Source: Eledone cirrhosa (lineage: Eukaryota). Taken from it: 64,000 bases of DNA. This document shows positions 52,829 through 64,000 of this stretch, piece by piece (positions within the stretch are counted from its first letter, which is position 1; each line of letters starts with the position of its first letter). Below the pieces are notes generated by a model. The model saw only the letters and a list, made by a program, of their open reading frames with translations. It was not told the DNA's origin and searched no databases. Position numbers and translations under genes: made by a program. The stretch lies in the NCBI GenBank assembly GCA_964016885.1, contig OZ024747.1, forward strand, positions 75,392,001 to 75,456,000, written 5' to 3'.

Positions 52829-53136
52829 TGTTCTTTGTTCGATCCTATTGCCTGACATCTTGAGCAAATGTCATTTACTATATCTACAGGTCGACCTGTG
52901 GCTTCCAGTGAAATTGGTGAGACAAAAACTGTTTGGAAGTCCGTCAGATGGACTGGAATTTAAAAGGCCTGACTTGACATGCACTATCATGCTGAATCTC
53001 CCTGAGAATTACATTAACGCTACACGTATCTATGGAATGCTTAACCACATATACATCAATTTAAGAACAGATTGTTCCATTGATCGAGCAATTATTTTTG
53101 TTTTATCATTAATTTTTTTCTTTAACATTAAATCAT

Positions 53137-53245
<109 letters not shown>

Positions 53246-53865
53246 TATATCTATATTTATCATTAATATAAAAAATAATCATGTATAATTATTCTAAATA
53301 TTTTTGCCCGAATTTGCTTTAGGGAAGGGCTTCAAATTTCATATAGTTTAGGGTCCCAGAAGGTTCTGCCACACAGCATGCCTGGATCCAAAACCACTTG
53401 GCTACAAAGCGACCTGCTTAATCATACAGCTATGCCAGCACCTGTGTTTCTATTATTTTAATAGGTTACTCTTTTTGACGGTATTTAAATAAAATGTGAC
53501 TTTTCCTTCATGACCTTTTTTCTGTGATCTTTTGTTTTCCTTAAGACAGTATAAGCATGGTTGAAATGTTTTTAATGTTAGGTTTGTTTGCATAATAAGG
53601 GGTAACCTAGAAATAAACCACCAGCACCACCACCACACCACCACCACCACCAACAACAACAACAGCAATAATAACAACAACTATCTGATCGTCGTAGTGT
53701 AAAGGCTAGTTAGCTTTCTCAGTCAATATATTCAGGTTGTTGTTTAGCCAGAAATCTGACTATGATCAATAATTGTTACAATTGTGACCTGTGACATCTC
53801 ATCTTCTTACTATGATCAATAGTTGTTACAACTGTGATATCTCATCTTTTTACTATAATAATCAT

Positions 53866-54063
53866 TACAAGGGTCGACTGAAAAGTTCATAAGCTGACCA
53901 AGATACTCTCATGGAAGAACCAAATGAGGTTTATTTTTCAACATAGCTCCAAGAAAGAAACAATGCAGTTATTAATAAAAAGAGTTGAAATGCATGCAAG
54001 ATTTCATAGCTCTAGCATCACTCCTTCATAGTCAGCCTATGAACTTTTTAACCGACTTTCGTA
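53866..54063. mobile_element. Tc1/mariner-like MITE, copy 2
   Basis: TIRs tacaagggtcgactgaaaagttcata / tatgaactttttaaccgactttcgta; TA ends; homologous to 3212-3401. Confidence 0.78.
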
Positions 54064-54265
54064 CATTGTTCAATAGTGTTATTCTTCTTTTTTAAAAAGT
54101 GTTTCGATGGAGTTTTGGCTGCTATTTCTGGTAGGTTGAGTGACTATATAGAGCCTCCATTTCTCATATGTATTCTTATCGTGGTCACATGGCGTTATAT
54201 CAACTATCACTGTAATTGTGTTTTTTTCTTTTCAATGATGTGTTAAAGCATAGTTGGAGCTATAA

Positions 54266-54352
<87 letters not shown>

Positions 54353-55179
54353 CTCTCCCTCCCTCTCTCTCTCTCTCACTCTCTCTCTCAGATTTGAGCC
54401 ATTTGAAGACGAAGTTAAAGAAATAAAAGTAATAAGGGTGGCTATTAAAGACTCTTTAAAACTCTTGAATCAATTTTAGAAAATTACATGTATTATCGAA
54501 GAGATCGACAATTTCGGTTTTCTAGCACACTCGCACACGTTTCTGTATATATTTTTTTTATTACTGATTAGTTAACGAGGGAAGGGCAGTGCATGTGACT
54601 TTTGCAGGGCATCCAAAGACCCGTTGGAGGAAGGAAGGTGAAAGACATTCAAACCAAATTTTTAAATCTTTAAATGTCCATAATGAGCATTGTTATTGTT
54701 ATTTAGCCGTATTTCAGCTCTCATGAAACAGACATTTGATCAGAAACTTGTTATTCCAGCTGGAACCAGTGTATCGTTTTACTCCAGATCTATTGTGTCT
54801 ATATAAATCATTATCCATTATAGCCTTTTTTTCTTTTATTTAAATCAATAGAGTTTAATTTGAGATAAATGTGACGATTATTTCTTGTAAATCCTGTGAG
54901 AATGCGAGAGATTCGCTTCTCGGTGGTTGTTGTTGTTAAGCCTAAAGTCAGTGAGTACTCTCCGAAGGCGCTATGGAGCAGATACGGCTTCGTTTATTAA
55001 CATTTAGTACATATAGAATTATATTATTCAATATGTTCTTTATAAAGACGATGCAGTGGGATTTGAGGAAAATTTGGATGCTATTTGTAGCAGATAGTCA
55101 TTGTGGTATTAAACTTAAGAGGATTGTCTTGTAGAACACTTTTTCAGGGTATCTAGAGCCAATGAAGGAGCTTCTGCAC

Positions 55180-55512
55180 CAGTGCTTTCCAACCTTTTTT
55201 GCCTCCTTGCCCACTTTCACATGGAAACATTTTCCACCGCAAGCTCTATAGTAAATATTCAAAAGCATACCAAAAATGTTTGGTAAAAGTTTGTTACTGG
55301 TTCATTATACCCATTTACCCTCATGTTCTTTTTTATACTGGTTCTTTGCATATCTCCTTTGAATAATTTTGAAATACCTTCATATCTTGAAATACCTTCT
55401 TAATACTGAAAATCCGATATCGCCCACTATTTTCTGTTCAGTTACTCATCGCTCTCCCAACAGTTGAAGTCGCCCACTGGTGGATGATGTCACCCAGGTT
55501 GGTAAACTGTTC
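55180..55512. mobile_element. Degenerate hAT-like MITE
   Basis: cagtgctttccaacc ... ggttggtaaactg resemble hAT termini; a similar degenerate element lies at ~8730-9080. Confidence 0.4.
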
Positions 55513-56695
55513 TACATGATCCCGCAACCGGTTAGAAATCGCAAACTAATTCCTTTCAAAACATACATTTTAAAAAGGGTGGATACATTGAACAATGTAT
55601 TCCTTGATGATTCTGGCTGGAATACCTTTGGTTCTAGGTTTGCTCAATCAAGGTTGAACTGTATTAAACAAAAACAAATTTAACGAAACTGATGAATGAC
55701 AGTATCGAGTGAAAACCTTCACTATTCCTTAATCGATCCAATAAAATACAGATTATTATTTTTCCTGGTTGAGTGAAGGAAAGAAGGGTTGCACCTATGG
55801 CATTTAGAAGAGGCCCCAAAACTACCAAATGAAAAGATAAGATCCCATTCTCAAACTTGATATCTGGTCCGCATGTTGCAGGAGTAGACCCTCCCCTCCC
55901 TGTAGGCACCAAAGTTCAGGCGTTGGGGTTAAACCAACCAACAAACCAGGTCTACCACTCAATAACAGATACGATCAATCAGACGGTTTTCCGTGCAGTT
56001 GGTCCTAATTTTTAAGGGGTTAATATTGATATAATTAGATTTCCTTGTTGAAAGTTGCGGAGGTGGGTAAAAAGAAACAAAAATGTAAGTTAAAGCTGCA
56101 ATATTGGCTATGGAAAAATATTCTATTGATTTATTTCAACATAAGCCTGACATTTGAAGATCTGTGGGTCAATAACTGCCAGAAATCTACTTACATCTTC
56201 AAATATTGACAATGTCTTCAAGAAATTCTGACAAGAAGAATTAAATTTATTTGTGGTGGGAAATATTTTTGAACAATGAGAGCTGAGTAGAGAGATTCGC
56301 TTTTACGTTTTTTCTGATCGAAATCTTATTCAGAAATTGTCCATGCTCACACCAATGTCTTCCTTGATAATCAGAAAGGAAAAATATCTATATTCCTTAG
56401 GGAAGGATTCTCTAGAATGAGAGGAAAACGAAAATAAAAAAAAAAAAATTCTGTAAAGATGAGAAAAGGAAAATGAGACAATTATTACAAAACAAAAGTA
56501 TCGGCGCTCGGCAACAGAAACAAATATATCACAGCAACGGCAACTTCTGTAATATCGCCATTACGAATAGATTATATATTTCTAAAAATAAGTTCAAATA
56601 GTTGTGGAGGGTCTATTACCAGAATGAAGAAAAACATGCATCTAAATATGCAAACACACACACCGCCCCTTACACCCCCCCCCCCATATATATAT

Positions 56696-56915
56696 ATATT
56701 TATTAAAATAACAGATTAAAGTTTAGGCAAAGAATCGCTGCTTTCACCCTTAACGAGATCTTCTGAAACCCGTTAAGGGTGAAAGCAGTGATTCTTTGCT
56801 TAAACTTTAATCTGTTATTTTAATAAATATTTGGTCTATAGTTTTTATATATTTGATATATATATTATTCTTATCGAGCCCTCTTCGGAATTTAGTCTTC
56901 ACATTTATTATTATT
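56696..56915. mobile_element. Fold-back micro-element with 60-bp arms plus tail; second copy at 62662-62853
   Basis: Arms 56696-56755 / 56771-56830; shared tail ttatcgag...tttagtcttcacatttatt; adjacent to (TA)n. Confidence 0.75.
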
Positions 56916-56932
56916 ATTTCTCTCTCTCTCTT

Positions 56933-57112
56933 TAGGGCGGTGAATTGGCAGTATTGGGAGAGGGTCGGCCGCCATGCTTTGACGTATAGAGTTACGGCCC
57001 TTGCCATTCTGAGTTCAAATCCCGCCGAGGTTAACTTTGCCTTTCATCCTTACGGGGTCGATAAAATAAAGTACTGGTAATTGCTGGCCTTGTGCCTAAC
57101 GTAGAAACAATT
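56933..57112 (+). mobile_element. Deu/Nin-domain tRNA SINE
   Basis: gagttcaaatcccgccgaggttaactttgcctttcatccttacggggtcgataaaataaagtac. Confidence 0.8.
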
Positions 57113-57113
57113 A

Positions 57114-57155
<42 letters not shown>

Positions 57156-57521
57156 CACACACGATAGTTACTAAGTGGACACTGCGGCACAAATAGAGAT
57201 TCCAGCATTCGCATGCACATACAATTCACCGTGAGGGGACATGTATGGACTTGAGGTTTTACGTGGGGGCTACTAACATTGTGATAGGGTTTGATGTATC
57301 GTAATATTATAAACTATATAGTATGGAACATAATAAGGGAAACGCATGATATTAGTAATATCATGGCGTCGTAAAATGTTAAGAAAGTGGGGTGATAGAA
57401 AAATTATGTTGTGCAATATTTAAATACCTTTTATATTCTAAATAAAATTGACATTACGACAGATGACAATAGGTACCTTATGAAAGAAGGCCGCTAATAT
57501 ATATATATATATATATATATA

Positions 57522-59510
<1,989 letters not shown>

Positions 59511-59629
59511 GATTTCGCTTCAAGCATAGCTTTATACAGATATGTATAGAAATTTCGTATTTCTAGAGAAACACAGTATGTTTACAGGAAACATTTAGGA
59601 AGCCGTAGCTATGCAAACACCGGGGCTGA

Positions 59630-59642
59630 CGCCCTCTAGTGG
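59630..59642 (-). promoter_or_regulatory. CTCF-like motif
   Basis: cgccctctagtgg = CCACTAGAGGGCG on the minus strand. Confidence 0.45.
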
Positions 59643-59856
59643 TGTCCAGCAGAAGCAAGGAGGACAACCGTCTGTGCATTTCAGGCTTGACTAGCTAATA
59701 TATATATATATATATAAATGAAGTATTTCCGTAGGAAAGGTAAAGGAAAAGAGAGTGCTCTGTGCAGGCTACATAGTTATGTAATAAACAACATAAGGTA
59801 ATTAATTCATTTACCAGTGGTTTCTTGAAGACATATATTTATATCTGTCTTCAGTT

Positions 59857-59920
59857 ATTCATTCTGATGACTGAAGACAGATATAAATATATGTGTTCAA
59901 GAAACCACTGGTAAATGAAT
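59857..59920 (+). ncRNA. Type I hammerhead ribozyme motif inside a 172-bp fold-back (59777-59948)
   Basis: AUUCAUU-CUGAUGA-stem II-GAAA-CC ACU GG-UA-AAUGAAU; 7-bp stem I, 3-bp stem III, GUA site. Confidence 0.72.
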
Positions 59921-59960
59921 TAATTATCTTATGCTGTTTATTACATAAATAAATAAATAA

Positions 59961-60032
<72 letters not shown>

Positions 60033-60608
60033 TTGTGTGAGTATGTATTCACATCAGTAAAATTTAATCATCAAAACTATGTACGCACACACACAAACAC
60101 ACATGCAGCCCCACCCACATATAAAATAGGTGTTAAAAGCAAGTTACAAAAAACACTTCTCGTGCTTCATTGAGTAAGACATGCTGTGTTCAGACTTGTA
60201 CAAAGGTCGTAATGGACAGATACCCTCCATTAATACTATGGCTTCACTATGGTCACAACATGGAAGAAAAAGTAAAAAAAAAGTACGTGACGAAAGCCAT
60301 GTTAATAACCACTAATCAATACTTATAATTATTTTTATCCCACGGAAAGACTTTTCTTGAGAAATTACTAAGACAGGTTGATGTATTATGTTTGTATATA
60401 AAATCAATATTGCAGCAACCTTGATCTCACTAAAAAACGTACAGAGTGACCTTTAAAGACGACTATAATGTAAAGTTTGAAATTTCATAGCACTCGACAG
60501 ATGAAATAATTAATTTTATACAAGGATATATCTCTAAGTTTGCTCTAAAAACATAAATAATGAGAATTAATATAAATAATTAATATAAGTAAGCAAAAAG
60601 CGCCGTCA

Positions 60609-62118
60609 AATACATGAATCTGAGTGTAGATATACTTAGAACAAACACTACATGAATCTGAGTGTAGATTTATTTAGAACAAACACTACATGAATCTGAG
60701 TGTAGATATATTTAGAACAAACACTACATGAACCTGAATGTAGATATATTTAGAACAAACACTACATGAACCTGAATGTAGATATACTTAGAACAAACAC
60801 TACATGAACCTGAATGTAGATATATTTAGAACAAACACTACATGAACCTGAATGTAGATATATTTAGAACAAACACTACATGAATCTGAATGTAGATATA
60901 TTTAGAACAAACACTACATGAACCTGAATGTACATATACTTAGAACAAACACTACATGAATCTGAATGTAGATACACTTAGAACAAACACTACATGAACC
61001 TGAATGTAGATATATTTAGAACAAACACTACATGAATCTGAGTGTAGATATACTTAGAACAAACACTACATGAACCTGAGTGTAGATATACTTAGAACAA
61101 ACACTACATGAACCTGAATGTAGATATATTTAGAACAAACACTACATGAATCTGAGTGTAGATATACTTAGAACAAACACTACATGAATCTGAGTGTAGA
61201 TATACTTAGAACAAACACTACATGAACCTGAATGTAGATATATTTAGAACAAACACTACATGAACCTGAATGTAGATATATTTAGAACAAACACTACATG
61301 AACCTGAGTGTAGATATATTTAGAACAAACACTACATGAATCTGAGTGTAGATATATTTAGAACAAACACTACATGAACCTGAATGTACATATATTTAGA
61401 ACAAACACTACATGAACCTGAATGTAGATATATTTAGAACAAACACTACATGAACCTGAGTGTAGATATACTTAGAACAAACACTACATGAACCTGAATG
61501 TACATATATTTAGAACAAACACTACATGAATCTGAATGTAGATATATTTAGAACAAACACTACATGAACCTGAATGTAGATATATTTAGAACAAACACTA
61601 CATGAACCTGAATGTAGATATATTTAGAACAAACACTACATGAACCTGAATGTAGATATATTTAGAACAAACACTACATGAACCTGAGTGTAGATATATT
61701 TAGAACAAACACTACATGAACCTGAGTGTAGATATACTTAGAACAAACACTACATGAACATGAATGTAGATATATTTAGAACAAACACTACATGAACCTG
61801 AATGTAGATATATTTAGAACAAACACTACATAAATCTGAATGTAGATATATTTAGAACAAACACTACATGAACCTGAATGTAGATATATTTAGAACAAAC
61901 ACTACATGAACCTGAATGTAGATATATTTAGAACAAACACTACATAAATCTGAATGTAGATATATTTAGAACAAACACTACATAAATCTGAGTGTAGATA
62001 TATTTAGAACAAACACTACATGAACCTGAATGTAGATATATTTAGAACAAACACTACATAAATCTGAATGTAGATACACTTAGAACAAACACTACATGAA
62101 TCTGAACGTAGATATACT
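60609..62118. repeat. 38-bp minisatellite, ~39 copies
   Basis: Unit tacatgaacctgaatgtagatatatttagaacaaacac; period 38. Confidence 0.95.
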
Positions 62119-62850
62119 TTTCAGACACACACACACACACACATTAATTTGTTGTTGCACACACGCAAGCACACACATACATGCAAATACATGTATAAAT
62201 TATAGATTGGTTTTGATATTCATTGTTTGATTCAACGATTGATTGATGTAATCAGTTGTTAAATTGATCCATTGGTTTATCGATAGACTTAGATTGAACC
62301 TTGCCACACACGACTTCCTCATATTTACCTCCCTTTAAAATAAAGGTAAAATAAAATCCTATTACAACTTTGTAAGACAGAACATTTCAAATGATATATT
62401 AAACCCTGGATTATCTTATCTAAACCCTTCTACCTTCTTAACATTGTACATTACTTTATGTCACATTCTCAACAAAGTTGTACAAGTTAAATCATGTTTA
62501 GTACTTTCTAAATATCAGTAATGTTACTGGCAGGGCAGGAGTGACTTTACATATCAACATAAAAGTTCCATCTAAGAATTATCCTGTATAAATTAAGCTA
62601 CTCCCAACTTCGTTATACGAAACTACGGTGTATAGAGGCCTATATATAAAAAAAATATATATATATTTATTAAAATAACAGATTAAAGTTTAAGCAAAGA
62701 ATCGGTGCTTTCACCCTTAACGGGTTCTTCTGAAACCCAGAATCTTTGCTTAAACTTTAATCTGTTATTTTAATAAATTTTTGGTCTATTTGATATATAT
62801 TTATCCTTATCGAGTCCTCTTTGGATTTTAGTCTTCACATTTATTATTAT

Positions 62851-62903
<53 letters not shown>

Positions 62904-63616
62904 TCATGCATAAACTACAGCGAAACGTTTAGTGACGTGCAGATAAAATTATATGCACTCATTAACAACAAACACAGCTATACGTTTCAAGAAATAAACA
63001 TTTTTACTAATTAAGTAGGAAGGGATGGGCAGTACCCGTGGCCCTTTTCTGGGTCTCCTAGACTGCTGAGAAACAAGGGATAAAGCTTACTCAAACCAGT
63101 GAACTGGTCCAAATGCTTGCAGCAGAGTAGATTCTGCTAAAGTCACTCAATGACCAAGTGGAGGTTTTACACCCAGCGATAGATTAACTCCTCCATTCAA
63201 GCCGGCTATAGTGGGATTTGAACTCAGAACATAAAGAGTGGGAACAAATACCACCAGGCAATTTAACTAATGCGCTAATGACTCTGACAATTCATTGCTT
63301 ATGAATAATATATTTAGAGAGACATAATATGCTTTAACAGTCCAGGGATCACGTAACAGCACACACGCAAGCACGCACTCATACATACGTATATACATAT
63401 ATATATAAATAGACACACACACGCGCGTATGACCTGCACCTATTATGAAAATACAACCACACGCTGAGAATTATTCAAGTATGATTAAAGACTCATATGC
63501 ACATATGCGATCATGGCATAGACATATATACAGAGCAACAGTAACACAGGCACACACTTATAACATAGTAACACGTTCAGACCTACCAACATTTAATCTC
63601 TCTCTCTCACCCCCCC

Positions 63617-63652
<36 letters not shown>

Positions 63653-63812
63653 GTGTGTGTGTATGTATGTGTGTGTATGTGTGTGTATATATATATATAT
63701 ATGTATGTATTATGTATATATGTATGTAAAAGGTAAACAGAAATAACAACACAATCGGTACAGCATATGGAAGGAATATCTTAGGTTAACGCTTGAAATA
63801 TCAGAAAGAGAG

Positions 63813-63848
63813 CCTTAACGTTTCAGACACTAGTCCTTCATTAGAAGA
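63813..63848 (-). ncRNA. Degenerate minimal hammerhead motif (PLE pLTR remnant)
   Basis: Minus strand CUAAUGA-AGGAC UAGU GUCU-GAAACGUU; core G5 mutated to A. Confidence 0.45.
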
Positions 63849-64000
63849 AAGAATGAGAAATTAGAAAGATCGAAGGGACGGGCGAGGCGGAATCGGAAAA
63901 ACATATTTTTAGAGAAAAATAACAGGTCCATTCATGTTGCCATCTCTTGGAAAACTGTTGATGCTGGGGTTTTGAGTATGATATACTTTTTAGAAAAGTG

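Noticed and set aside
60609-62118. CRISPR-like array of 38-bp repeats
   Set aside because: Units are head-to-tail with no unique spacers, there are no cas genes, and the context is eukaryotic. The same applies to 15878-16703.

Overview
AT-rich, microsatellite-dense animal genomic DNA. The repeat landscape ((TA)n/(CA)n tracts, CORE- and Deu/Nin-domain tRNA SINEs, Penelope-like elements) suggests a mollusc, probably an octopus; this is inference. Positions 730-20648 (+) hold the last 18 coding exons of a LAR-family (type IIa) receptor tyrosine phosphatase: FN3 region, TM helix, PTP D1 and D2, with consistent GT-AG splice phases. A SINE-poor ~10 kb stretch with several long hairpins follows and may be a very long 3' UTR. 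The rest is intergenic. It contains a young, 5'-truncated Penelope-like element (PLE; RT + GIY-YIG, identical 135-bp inverted pseudo-LTR, hammerhead ribozyme) inserted in (TA)n, a decayed second PLE, and several short fold-back islands at (TA)n tracts carrying complete or degenerate type I hammerhead motifs. MITEs, SINEs and four large minisatellites are also present. Most ORFs in the supplied track are low-complexity artefacts.
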